The notes beneath the pieces are model-generated. The model saw only the letters and a program-made list of their open reading frames with translations, was not told where the DNA came from and did no database searches. A program made the translations under genes and the position numbers. A stretch of 63,917 nucleotides of DNA, the filler included, from Octopus bimaculoides (Eukaryota): assembly GCF_001194135.2 (NCBI RefSeq). It is 7 parts of 6 records of this genome, joined end to end, with 100 filler letters (N's around TTAATTAATTAA, not from the genome) between each part and the next. Parts side by side here need not be neighbours in the genome. Positions count along the whole stretch, not along the records: positions 43,110 to 51,191 come from NC_068989.1; positions 51,292 to 57,655 come from NC_069009.1; positions 57,756 to 61,345 come from NC_069008.1; positions 61,446 to 63,917 come from NC_068995.1; 3 more parts are not named here. One strand, given 5' to 3'. Below, piece by piece: positions 50,809 through 63,307 of this stretch; the first letter of the stretch is position 1; every line of letters starts with the position of its first letter.

Positions 50809-52464
50809 ATACGGAGACAAGGAGAAAAACACGGAGAAAAAAAATGGAGAAAAAAAAAAATTGATATGATATATATTTCATCTGTTCATTTACCTCTGTC
50901 TTAAATCATGCTTTTAAATGGCGTATCGATAAACTCATACATAATCACACAAATTCATTCATGTAATATGTATATATATATATGTCTAAATAATGAGAAA
51001 TATAAATAAATGAATATATATATATCTTAATGAATAAAAATTCTTCGGATAGAATAAATGGGTTAATAGAAACCGATGTAGCAAAGAACACAAAATAACT
51101 GTGGTTTAGTTCCTGTTTTTAAGGCAGGAACTCCTTGAAATTTTGGGTATTTGAGTATATTTAAAAATTTAAGGAATGGAGAAAACGCATGNNNNNNNNN
51201 NNNNNNNNNNNNNNNNNNNNNNNNNNNNNNNNNNNTTAATTAATTAANNNNNNNNNNNNNNNNNNNNNNNNNNNNNNNNNNNNNNNNNNNNATGCATTGA
51301 AGATACTTTATTGCAGCAACAATTATAATAACAGAAACAACCACAATAAGCCAAACCTATGCACATTTCAATAGGGTATCCCGGAAAAATAAACCACATC
51401 ATAAGATGTCTCGTAAAATATTGTAACAAATTACAACATATTACAAATTTCTGGATACTCCATCTCATCAGGGTCGCATTATTGCCATCACCAATACTAT
51501 TATTAGCAAAACACACACACCATCCAAGAGGGTGAAAGAATAATCGACGGCACGCAACCTACCATCGTTATTTTCTTACAGAATGTAAACAAACCAGTCA
51601 ACCGAAATCCAGCGGCGTACACCGCTTCGACGTATGAGAGTTAGCAAGACACAGCTGAAACCGTCTGGAAACATTCTAGATGTCAGACTCCCAATCTTGG
51701 TCCATGCTTGACCTATGACTGCAGCTCAGTCAAGAAGATGAGCTGCAGAAGGACTTGTCACACGGCAGATGCCCAAACTGTTCGCCTTCGTTTTTGTTGT
51801 TGTCGTTGATACACCATCGCAGCGATTTAGATATATCTGAGGATGGGTTAGCCTGAGCGCATGCCGTTGTATCAAAAAGGACGGCATTCCGAGACCACCA
51901 CGAAATGGGTGTTGACAGCAGATAAATTTTCTAGCCAGCAGAACCTAATTCTTCCTTAAGAAGCAATACCTTCGTCCAACTCTTTATAGAAATATTGAGA
52001 TGTTTCCTACTAACGGCTTTGTCCAGGCGGTACAATGCTGTGAGCGTCCGGCAAAATTATATGCCAAGCACCCCATCTGGGTCCAGTCTTGAGTTACGGT
52101 TGCAGCTCAATCAACGAAATGAGCAGCAGAAATACGTGTCCCGTGAAAGACGCCCACACCAGCTCGCTTTCGTTTTTGTTGTTATTACTTATACACCATC
52201 GTTGCGATTTAAATATATCTGAAGAATCTTGCCCATAATCAAGAACGCCATTTTGAGACCACAACAGAATAGATATTGGCAGCAGACGGATTTTCTGACC
52301 TACAAAGCTACCTGATCCTTCCTTAGGAATTGGTTAAACAAGCGCTCCAATCTGGTCAGAGTTTTCCTTGGGACAATTTACGACAGTTGCTGTTATGGTT
52401 GTTGCTGTTTCACCTGTCTCTTCCATATATTTTTTTTTTCTGATCCATTCGTTTCAATTTCCAG

Positions 52465-52581
52465 ACATCAATGAATGTGAAAAGAACCCCTGTTCTTCCA
52501 ATGGTCGATGCCTCAACACTCAAGGATCCTACTTTTGTGTGTGTAACCGCGGATACCAAAAGGAAAACAACAAATGTGTTG

Positions 52582-52621
<40 letters not shown>

Positions 52622-55027
52622 NNNNNNNNNNNNNNNNNNNNNNNNNNNNNNNNNNNNNNNNNNNNNNNNNNNNNNNNNNNNNNNNNNNNNNNNNNNNNNN
52701 NNNNNNNNNNNNNNNNNNNNNNNNNNNNNNNNNNNNNNNNNNNNNNNNNNNNNNNNNNNNNNNNNNNNNNNNNNNNNNNNNNNNNNNNNNNNNNNNNNNN
52801 NNNNNNNNNNNNNNNNNNNNNNNNNNNNNNNNNNNNNNNNNNNNNNNNNNNNNNNNNNNNNNNNNNNNNNNNNNNNNNNNNNNNNNNNNNNNNNNNNNNN
52901 NNNNNNNNNNNNNNNNNNNNNNNNNNNNNNNNNNNNNNNNNNNNNNNNNNNNNNNNNNNNNNNNNNNNNNNNNNNNNNNNNNNNNNNNNNNNNNNNNNNA
53001 TATATATCCTTTATTCTTTTACTTGTTTCAGTCATTTGACTGCATATATGTTGGAGCGCAGCTTTTAGTCGAACAAATCGACCCCAAGACATTCTTTGTA
53101 AGCCTAGTACTTATTCTATCGGCTTCTTTTGCCGAACCGCAATGTTACGGGGACTTAAACACACCGGTATCGGTTGTCAAGCGCTGGTGGAGGGACAAAC
53201 ACACACACACACACACGCACACACATGAACTCACATTTTACTTTCATCGTAAGTTGAATTTAACGTTAGCTTCTTATGAAGCTAAATTTATAAGTTCTAA
53301 AGTTGCACAAGAATTCCTTACTGGGCAGTTTAGCTTAATGATAAAGCACTTGATGCACAATCACAGAGATGTGAGTTCGAGTCTCATGGCTGGCCGGTAA
53401 AGTATTTTTCTGCAATGTATGGATAATTTATTCTGTTCACGCTAAATTTATTAGCATTATCACGCGTTTGAGAATTAAAAAAATATTATATAAGCAACAT
53501 TTTTGTTTTAATTTTCAGACACTAACGAATGTTTATGGAAGCCTTCCCCTTGTCCGTCCAATGCCTCTTGTCATAACAGCCCGGGATCCTACAACTGTGA
53601 CTGTCAATCCGGATACAAAGTGGATGAGACGACAAAGAAGTGTGTTGGTAAGTAGAATATTTTACAGTCCTTGAATAAAAGATGGGATGGGCACGGCTGG
53701 AAGATCTTTGATCATGGCTCTGTTGAACAACGACTAATCTGGAGCTACAGAACAACAATGATTACAGCTGCTAATACTAGGTGGCGAGCTAGTAAAATCG
53801 TTAACATGCTGGGCAAACTGCTTAGCGGCATTTCGTTAGCTTTTAAGTTCTGTGTTCAAATTCCGCTAAGGTCGACATTGCCTTTCGTTCCTTTTGGGGT
53901 CGACAAAATAAGCACCAGTTGAGTACTGGGGTTGATGTAATAGACTAGACTCCTCCCCCAAATTTTCAGACCTTTCAGTCGAAACGAATATTATTGTCAA
54001 GGGGGCATTTCGTACGTCTTCACGGTCCGTGATACTATTGCTAAAAACTAAACAGATTGAGGGCCGCTTATGAAGGGGACATTTCTGCTCTGTATCAATT
54101 TGATTATTAGCCTGAAAAGAAAGCCCAGTCGCTTTCCAAATGTTTCTTTAGTCTTAATTGATTTCTTTGATCAAGGTGATATGAACTGGTAGAATTGTTT
54201 GTACGCCAGACAAAATGCTTACCGGCATTTCGTCCGTCTTTACGTCCCGAGTACAAATTCCGCCGAAGCCGAATTCGCTTTTCAACCTACCAATCGAATT
54301 TGTGGTCAATGTAATCTATTTATCCTCTCCCTCGAAATTGCAGGTCTTGTGCAAAACAATTCGAAACTAATTTCATTGTTATTGTTTGTCTTGTATTTAT
54401 TTATTTAACAGATATCGACGAATGTCAGAATAAAGGAATCTGCAGCCAAAGATGCACCAATACACCCGGATCCTACGTTTGCTCCTGCGCAGATGGTTAT
54501 CAAATATTCATGAATCGTTACTGCGTGGGTAAGTTAATCATATCACTAAGATTGCCTCGTTCATACACACAGACACACATGCGTGTAGATTTTACTATAG
54601 AACATACTATTACAAAATATAGGCGTAGGAGTGCCTGTGTGGTAAGTAGCTTGCTTACCAACCACATGGTCCCGGGTTCAGTCCCACTGCGTGGCATCTT
54701 GGGCAAGTGTCTTCTACTATAGCCTCGGGCCGACCAAAGCCTTGTGAGTGGATTTGGTAGACGGAAACTGAAAGAAGCCTGTCGTATATATGTATATATA
54801 TATGTATGTGTGTATGTGTTTGTCTCCGTAACTTAGCGGTTCGGCAAAAGAGACCGATAGAATAAGTACTAGGCTTACAAAGAATAAGTCCTGGGGTCGA
54901 TTTGCTCTACTAAAGGCGGTGCTCCAGCATGGCCACAGTCAAAGGACTGAAACAAGTAAANNNNNNNNNNNNNNNNNNNNNNNNNNNNNNNNNNNNNNNN
55001 NNNNNNNNNNNNNNNNNNNNNNNNNNN

Positions 55028-55102
<75 letters not shown>

Positions 55103-55546
55103 CACATACACATATATACAGACTTCTTTCAGTTTCTGTCTACCAAATCCACTCACAAAGTTTTAGTTGTCCTGAGGTGCCACGCAGTAGGACTGAACCC
55201 GGAACCATGTGGTTGGTAAGCTTTTTATCACACAATCACGTCTGCGTCTATTTATGTATATTTTCGTCATTTTCAGAAATTTTTACTTACTTTTCTTGTT
55301 ATTTTCTCTCTCTCCTTATTTTCAGATATCGATGAATGTAGATGCCAGAATGGTGGATGTCCCTTCCCTCTCAAGTGTATCAACACACCAGGGTCCAACT
55401 ACTGCGATTGCCCTTACGGGTTTACCTCTAAAGACGATAAGTGTTACCTAATGCCGAACGTGAAGCTGAACTACACTATACCAGGGAATAAAACGGTTAT
55501 ACCGAAAGTGAAACTACCAGTACTTAAACCATCTGGAAGTGGCTGA
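52465..55546 (+). CDS. Tandem calcium-binding EGF-domain protein (fibrillin/fibulin-like module array), last four exons ending in a 32-aa non-transmembrane tail
   Basis: Phase 1-1 exons 52465-52581 ([20 protein letters not shown]), 53519-53647 ([22 protein letters not shown]), 54412-54528 ([21 protein letters not shown]), and terminal exon 55326-55546 ([28 protein letters not shown]). All have strong polypyrimidine-AG acceptors, the internal three have GTAAGT donors, and AATAAA lies at 55724-55729. The gene's 5' part is not in this segment, so orthology is unknown. Confidence 0.88.
54620..54960 (+). mobile_element. SINE family A, near-consensus copy in an EGF-gene intron
   Basis: Same head, core and tail as 3092-3502. 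Confidence 0.88.
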
Positions 55547-56199
55547 AACCGGTAGGCTAGGTCTTAGATGGAACGCATACCATTTCTACTTTTCTTTCAT
55601 TCTGCTCAATCGAGGCCAACGTGAGAATTAAACGATATCTACAATAACAGCAACAACTATAGCTGCTACTACAATTAGATAATACAATCCCAGATACACA
55701 TAGCCTAACCCTCAGCGCCTTTTAATAAAATCTATAAGACCGATATATATCGAACATAGAAAACAATCACCGGTCAATTTTAGGAAATTTATGTGAGGAC
55801 ACCATTTTGGGTTACTTCATGAACAAGTCATCTCGTGTGACTTTCTAAGTAACCATCATATGACTAGGCTATCCACATATTACGTGACCGCCACACAAGA
55901 TCCTCCCCCCTCTCTCTCTTCCTTTCTATCTATTTATTTGTCTATCTGTCTGACAGTCTGTCTCTCTGTATGTATGTATGTATGTATGTATGTATGTATG
56001 TATATGTATATCTGTCTGTATGTGTGTCTGTCTGTCTGTCTGTCTATCAATCACACAAAGTCACGTGATTACAATCCCATCACCCCACTGTCATTCATAC
56101 GCTTCATCATTGTTGTATATTTTGTTGTGTTTATTATTTGATTAGTTTCATTAATTAAATAAATAAATAATAATTTAATCAAAAATATCGTGTTTATTC

Positions 56200-56532
<333 letters not shown>

Positions 56533-56544
56533 TGTATGTATGTC

Positions 56545-57545
56545 ATTATTCAGTTTATTTCAAGATTTCCTGCCAATAGAGAAAGAACCGGTTTCTAACC
56601 TAGATCCAAGGCTCCTTCATTGGAATTTCAACATCAACAGCAGGGTATTTTTGTTTGTGTGTATGTCTCTTCTATTTTTTAAAATTATTATAAATCTTCC
56701 ACTGAGGAGGGAACCGGCTTCCAACTAAGATACAAGGCTCCATCTTTGGGATGTAGTTATCACAGACAAATTCACATTCGGAACTTGAGAAAAGTCTTGT
56801 ATATTTCTACTATTCCACTCACAGATTGCACTTGTAATGTATGAATCAGCCGGTCAGTTTCTCTTTCTGAAAATCCCAGTTTATCTAGATTCTCCTTTAA
56901 GCATTTACTAACAAAACCCANNNNNNNNNNGTTTATCTAGATTCTCCTTTAAGCATTTACTAACAAAACCCAGTGCTCCAATTATTATTGGTATGAATAT
57001 GAATTCATAGTCTGGATATAGAAGCTGTAGGTCTCGAAGCAGTTGTCTATAGATATCCACTTTTTCTTTGATTTTCAAAGAGAGATTTATATCTGCAGGG
57101 TAGATAGCCTCTATGATGGTACATATCCTTGCCCCTCTGTCCCAAACAACAATGTCCGGCATGTTATGCTTATATTTGACAGAGGTTTTGATGGGAATAT
57201 TCCGCCAGTATTCCTTGAATTGGTGTTTATGAATGTATTCCATAACAGAGGGATTTTCTAAGTTTATTTCAGGACAGTCTTGGATGGGATATTAAGTTAC
57301 TTATTACGTGTGTTAAATTTCGTCAAGGTTTGTGTAAGCACCTTATGGCATGTTCTAGTCTATTATTAAGTAATTTGTGTCCTGGCGTAAAGATTTGGTA
57401 TATTTCTTCTAAACACGACTCCCAACTATTTCCTCCTGTCCTGTACGGTTTAGCCGTACTAATTATCTTGCGCTCTGTGGTAAAGCTATCGTTCCTATCT
57501 TTAAGGGACCAGATTAGTCTGTTGAAGCTGGTGTTGTTCATGTTA
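56545..57545 (-). mobile_element. 5'-truncated non-LTR retrotransposon with restriction-like endonuclease (R4/Dong-like)
   Basis: PDIVVWD..CTIIE..PAD..K..EK..Y..L..IPIIIGALG (PD-D/ExK RLE), continuing past a 10-N overlap as LGFSERETDRLIHTLQVQSVSGIVEIYKTFLKFRM* (stop 56772-56774). A degenerate zinc-knuckle region lies upstream and the 3' UTR runs to about 56545. Confidence 0.8.
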
Positions 57546-58352
57546 TGCTCTCTCCCCCGTGTGTGCGTGTGTGTATGTGTGTGTGTGTATACACACACAC
57601 ATGCACATTTAGCAATAAATAAATAAATAAATAAATAAATATATATATATATATANNNNNNNNNNNNNNNNNNNNNNNNNNNNNNNNNNNNNNNNNNNNT
57701 TAATTAATTAANNNNNNNNNNNNNNNNNNNNNNNNNNNNNNNNNNNNNNNNNNNNTTTTTTTTTTTTTTTTTTCATATTCGTTTCCTACACATTTTCCGC
57801 GCTATTTCTTTCTGATTTTCGTTTTCGGATCAAGTTGTAAACATTAGAAGAATGAGAACATTACTCCATTACAAAAAAACAAAACAAAAAAAAACGTAAT
57901 TACCAGATGAAAGTTTAGCGTTGAAAGACATGGTACGAAGTTGAAAAGTGTGTATATGGAATAAGTATCAGACGGTATATATTTTGTTAAAAAATATATA
58001 GTTATTTATTTAGGAGTGTGTGAATGTAAAACAATGAAGAACATCACTGACTTAGAACTGTGTAACGAGACATGAAGAGATTCGCATGACTTACTGTACA
58101 TGTTAGTTTTGATGGTTTTTACGCCACAGAATAATAATAAATGAATTAGGTTTCACAATGATGATTGTCAACACAATTACAGTCTCACCGAAGAAAGTTT
58201 GAATTAGCCCCTAGGGCTGTCAAACCCACCGGAGGCTATGCTGGTGGTGAACTTAAAAACAGATGCCACATCGTAGCAGACAATGTTGCTTTTTCAGCGT
58301 CAAAGCAGCAACTAAACTTTGCTCTTTGATAGACGTGCATTTTACTCTTGTA

Positions 58353-58720
58353 GTGGAGGCGCAATGGCCCAGTGGTTAGGGCAGCGGACTCGCGGTTTCG
58401 ATTCCCAGACCGGGCGTTGTGAGTGTTTATTGAGCGAAAACACCTAAAGTTCCATGAGGCAGGGGATGGTGGCGAACCCTGCTGTACTACTTCCACCACA
58501 ACTTTCTCTCACTCTCACTTCCTGTTTCTGTTGTGCCTATAATTCAAAGGGTCAGCCTTGTCACACTCTGTGTCACGCTGAATACCCCCTAGAACTACGT
58601 TAAGGGTACACGTGTCTGTGGAGTGCTCAGCCACTTGCACGTTAATTTCACAAGTAGGCTGTTCCGTTGATCGGATCAACTGGAACCCTCGACGTCGTAA
58701 GCGACGGAGTGCCAACAACA
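58353..58720 (+). mobile_element. tRNA-headed SINE family C
   Basis: GTGGAGGCGCAATGGCCCAGTGGTTAGGGCAGCGGACTCGCGG head; tail GAACCCTCGACGTCGTAAGCGACGGAGTGCCA. Minus-strand copies at 29184-29555, 37246-37627 and 44478-44808. Confidence 0.88.
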
Positions 58721-59481
58721 TTTTACTCTTGTATGACATCGCCAGTGTTGATTGGCTGGCATTTGCGAAAGCACAACTGAATATACTCACAGCAACAAAA
58801 TAGTTCCTTTGTGTCTCACTACACTATCTCTCTGCAGACTGAAAGTCCACACAAACAAGCAGTGATTATAAAAAGAGCAAAGCGAAAGCAAAATATTTGC
58901 ATAAAAACAAAATGTTCCCACAATGCACTTGAAATTTCGAAATTATGTGAAATAAATGGACCTTATGACTTAGCTTTCTTTATCATTTTTTATACTAGGT
59001 CACTGATTATGTGTGTTACAAGGGATCTAGATTACACACTCATATAAAATGACGTGTAAACCAATTTTTGAGTCTTGACACATTTTGGTGATAAAAATAA
59101 TTAACTTTTCCAATTTGTTTGAAATATTTCAATAATACGAATCAGTGCAGTGAATTCTTTTTCATTCCGGTAATAAAGCTAATTAATATTTTTCATAGAT
59201 AAGAATTAGCATCTCACTCTCAAATAAAGAACGGAACAAAGATTTGTTGTTTTTGAAATTCCTAAAACGGCATAATGCTAATTTTTTGTTAAGTTCAAAA
59301 TAGCAAAAACTAAACAATTCTAATTGATCGTTGCTGTATTACCTTTCAATACGAAGTCTTTTTTTTTTTGTCTCAAACACTGGAATTTTTTCTCTTGTAT
59401 CTTGTGTTGCCACCGAGAATCCATCTAACACGAAATTAATTGTTGCTTACATAATGAAAGTTTGTGTCAATGTGTTCACAA

Positions 59482-60740
59482 TTAGCTGAAAGAACATTCA
59501 CCAGATGTATTTGCCGTTAAGTCACTGGTGATCGAACTTGTAAGAAGACCTGCAGCATGGTCTGATACACTGGTGGCATTACAGGAAGAAGCTAGTTCTG
59601 GGAATTTCATTTGTTTTATTGGTGTATTTGAACTTAGATTTTTGCTGACGTCTTTTCGTTTCATGGAAAATGAAATTGGAAAATTTTCATCTTCACCTGC
59701 TGATCCATTTCCCGATTCACTGCTTGATGAAAATGCTATCAGCCTCTGAATGTTCTGTTTAGATACTGCTTTATCTATTCCACTAATGATCAGTTTTCGA
59801 TTTGTCCGCTGATCCTGTAAAAAATCTTGTTCTCTCTGCGGTACTTTTTTGTCCCGACTACAGCTGCAGTTTTCAAAGGAGCTGCACTTGCAACAGGAAA
59901 TGTCAAATAAATCTTTTGTTGCATTGTTTTTAAACACATTACACTTTGTCTGAAACGATGGCACATTTTTTCTATTTTTCACAGACTTTAGTAATCCTTG
60001 GTACTTTAGATAAAAGTTTAAGATTTTCGGTTTAACTGACTGAATCGTAACACAAGGGATGGATGCCTTTTGCCAAAGAAGGATTATCTTTTCAGCTACA
60101 ATCTTGACAATTTGTTTAATTGAAGGATCTTTCTTAATAACATTCTTTTCTTTTTCTCGTTCAAATAAAACACATTTTAGTACATCCTTGTAAGTTGGCA
60201 AAACTCGGTCACTAAGATCAGACGGAGTACCAAATATTGGGCATTCATAACGCATTATTGGCTTATGGGTCATCACTAAATGTAAACAACACTAAATTTA
60301 ATAAGATCATTAATTTTAATACAATGGCCTAAAGTCAAGGTACAAAGCAGAAAACTTCACACACGTACAACATACGTCCACATGCAATGACCATTGCAGT
60401 GGCACTGGAGAGAAGTTCACACTCCCGTTCTATTTATAGTCAATGCGGAACCTCAAGCTATTAATCGATTGTACTGAAACTTGGTATGCAACCTTTTAAG
60501 GATACAAGAATCACTGTTTTGCATTCTGCTATGTAGAAATATGTACTCGTTATGACTTATAATTCACGAAATCCAAAATTCGACCAAAAATATCAGTTTT
60601 TAAAATTTTCAATTGTGTTGCAGAGACAGAAAAAATATTTAACTGAAAAGTTCTTTATACACCTTTATAGACCCTAATTCGCTACAAAATATCAATTCTT
60701 GGTTACTAATTTCAAAAGTTGCGTTTTTTGCTCCACCCTA
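59482..60740 (-). mobile_element. DNA transposon 5' part with a 264-aa N-terminal transposase-like ORF (hAT superfamily, probably hATm-like)
   Basis: ORF 60276-59482 has LPTYKDVL, W-x-KASIP, LFDISCCKC, C-x-C-x4-KVP and FLQDQR motifs, recalled from this transposase group. The terminus TAGGGTGGAGCAAAAAACG at 60740 abuts the zinc finger. No catalytic domain, second terminus or TSD was found, and the family assignment is from memory. Confidence 0.62.
60430..60438 (-). promoter_or_regulatory. Candidate TATA box of the transposase ORF
   Basis: TATAAATAG on the minus strand, about 30 nt upstream of an Inr-like CCAGT and about 155 nt upstream of the ATG at 60276. Confidence 0.3.
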
Positions 60741-60841
60741 ATGTATAGATCTGTGATTATTTAGATTATCTTTCTCAGTTAAAGACTTTTTACAGATATC
60801 ACACTGATATACTGATTGTGGTTTCTCTTGTGACATCTCTT
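60741..60841 (-). pseudogene. C2H2 zinc-finger gene remnant (first finger only), truncated by a transposon insertion
   Basis: Minus strand reads EEMSQEKPQSVYQCDICKKSLTEKDNLNNHRSIH, a C-x2-C-x12-H-x3-H finger. The TGEKP linker is replaced by TAGGGTGG.. at 60740. Upstream frames contain stops. Confidence 0.72.
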
Positions 60842-62030
60842 CTGAATAAAAACATATTCTTCAACTAACTTAAATAGTCCGTCTGTCTCTTATCTTACTT
60901 CAACCACCACAATGTAAGTGGATACAGTTTTGGTTCTTGTCCTACAACTTATTCCTAACAAGTATTGCTATTGCTCTCTTTCCATCAACTGTAACCCTTT
61001 TTGATATCTGAAAATACTCTGAGATTCCTTTTAAAATTATCCAAGTTTAACTTCAGAACAAAATAATCCTGTAGTCATTCCAAACATTTCAGAAGAGAAA
61101 TGTTCTCAGTTGAGAAGAAATATTTCACTGGAATTCTCTGGAGTTATTAAATCTGTTCTGCACAACATTTTCTGACAGTCTTTAAAAGGTGATGAATATT
61201 GATGATGTTATCTGATGGAAACAATGCAATATTCTGAAATAAAAGAAACAACAGTGAGATACAGAAGAGATTTTGACAGTGAAGATAAAACAGTCGGTCA
61301 CAACTAACACCAACATCACAACTATGTTGGATTTGGAATACTAAGNNNNNNNNNNNNNNNNNNNNNNNNNNNNNNNNNNNNNNNNNNNNTTAATTAATTA
61401 ANNNNNNNNNNNNNNNNNNNNNNNNNNNNNNNNNNNNNNNNNNNNGTGCTTGTGTGTGTGTGTGTGTGTATGTGTGTGTGCATGTGTGTGTGTGTGCGCG
61501 TGCGCTCGTGTGTGTGTGTATTCAGATACATAGGTGAATAAACACACTAATGCATGCAAAGAGCTGATAGCTTTGGGCATTCGCTCTTCCCGATGGTGTA
61601 ACTTTCGGAAGGAGGCAGCCAGTTTGGCTACCACACAGGACGCTCAAAACCCACGCTACGTCACAGAATTTACCCAACATATTGCGTTCTGTATCAGATA
61701 ACGTTTGTACTATGGAACTTTACTAGTCTTAATTTACGAGCTGGAATGAATTACTGCTATCTCCAGTGGACGAGTGTCCACCGCTGTCGATGGTGACAAA
61801 TAGCCCGAAACGGGACGGTTGAAGATGGTAGAGGTTCGCTCCCTTGCTTGTAATATATATCGGGTGCAGATTGCATCGATAACCAACCAGCTTGAGGAGG
61901 ATCCTCCCTGAGTTAAAATCAGTAATAACGTCGTTCCTACGGAACAGTTATACTGATGTGGCGACAGACATTACTTCACAGTATAGTTACTACTTTCACC
62001 TCTCACAGAGATTTCTTACAAGCTACTTTG

Positions 62031-62069
<39 letters not shown>

Positions 62070-62850
62070 NNNNNNNNNNNNNNNNNNNNNNNNNNNNNNN
62101 NNNNNNNNNNNNNNNNNNNNNNNNNNNNNNNNNNNNNNNNNNNNNNNNNNNNNNNNNNNNNNNNNNNNNNNNNNNNNNNNNNNNNNNNNNNNNNNNNNNN
62201 NNNNNNNNNNNNNNNNNNNNNNNNNNNNNNNNNNNNNNNNNNNNNNNNNNNNNNNNNNNNNNNNNNNNNNNNNNNNNNNNNNNNNNNNNNNNNNNNNNNN
62301 NNNNNNNNNNNNNNNNNNNNNNNNNNNNNNNTCTACTCGGGTCACATTTTAAAGATGAGGAATTCCAGAAAAAAAAAAACCCCGAAAATTTTTAATTAAA
62401 AATTGGTAATGAAAGAAAGTATGCCAAATGTTTAAACAGTCTTTGAGAAGCGATTGGAGAAACCGCGCGGATGCAGATGTGAAGGGCCAAGAATGACGGG
62501 AAAATGCTGGAAAAATACAAAACACCAGTCAGGTCTCTGCACAAAACTGAAATAGCATAATACGAAATCACTTACAATGTTTTGGATACAATATGTAGTC
62601 ACACCCAACCTAATTTTGCGGAATCAGTGCCGCGACGTGAACCCGTGGTATGGCACTTTAACTAGCAGAGACGGTGAGGTTGTTGAGGTGGCCAGCGACG
62701 TGAAGAAGGTGGATGCAGTTGGGCTAAAAAATTGATAAAATGACAATGACTCCAGTGACGTGAAGAAGGTGGATGCAGTTGGGCTAAAAAAATTGAGAAA
62801 GTTACAATGACTCCAGCGACGGGAGAGTAATGGTGGTAGGTTCAAAAGTG

Positions 62851-63207
62851 TTATTGCAGGGCTTCTTTGTAGACAACGTTCCTGGTGTTGCCCGGATTAC
62901 CACAAATGAAGAGATTGTGTGGACTGCCGACACGGGAGCATCTGACGTATAATTGACCTTGGCTAAATACCTGCTGTGTCAGATTTAGGCCAACTTCTTG
63001 TAACGACTGTCCCTGTGCCTTGTTGATGCTCATTGCAAAGCATACTTTTATGGGAAACTGCCGTCGCGTAAATCCGAATGGCATGGCAGAGGGACTAAGG
63101 TTCATGGGGATTAATAACTTTGTCACGCCAGCAGACTGTCTGCTCAGAATGGTTGTCGTCAGAATTGAGGCCCCAATTTTTTGATGATCAGACGTGTACC
63201 GTTGCAT
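62851..63207 (-). mobile_element. Helitron Rep/PIF1 helicase C-terminal fragment
   Basis: PFGFTRRQFPIKVCFAMSINKAQGQSL..VFSQGQLYVRCSRV..TRNVVYKEAL*, the classic Helitron helicase end (motifs V/VI). Confidence 0.9.
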
Positions 63208-63307
63208 AGTTCAGGTGGTTCCACGTTTCTCAGAAGCATAACTGGAACACCAGTCTAAGGTCATGAAGTGGAAGTCCGGGAGGTAGTTGGTTATTGAGGA
63301 ACTCAAT

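Noticed and set aside
51583-51645. Acceptor-like TTTTCTTACAG upstream of the EGF exons
   Set aside because: The following sequence hits stops in two frames and has no phase-1 donor compatible with the EGF exons.
56879-56972. 42-bp direct repeat around a 10-N gap inside the R4-like ORF
   Set aside because: Identical sequence on both sides of a nominal gap indicates an unmerged contig overlap; the ORF reads through when collapsed.
58353-58420. tRNA-like sequences at SINE heads (also 3092, 21884, 30712)
   Set aside because: They have A/B-box similarity only, no complete cloverleaf, and continue into SINE bodies.
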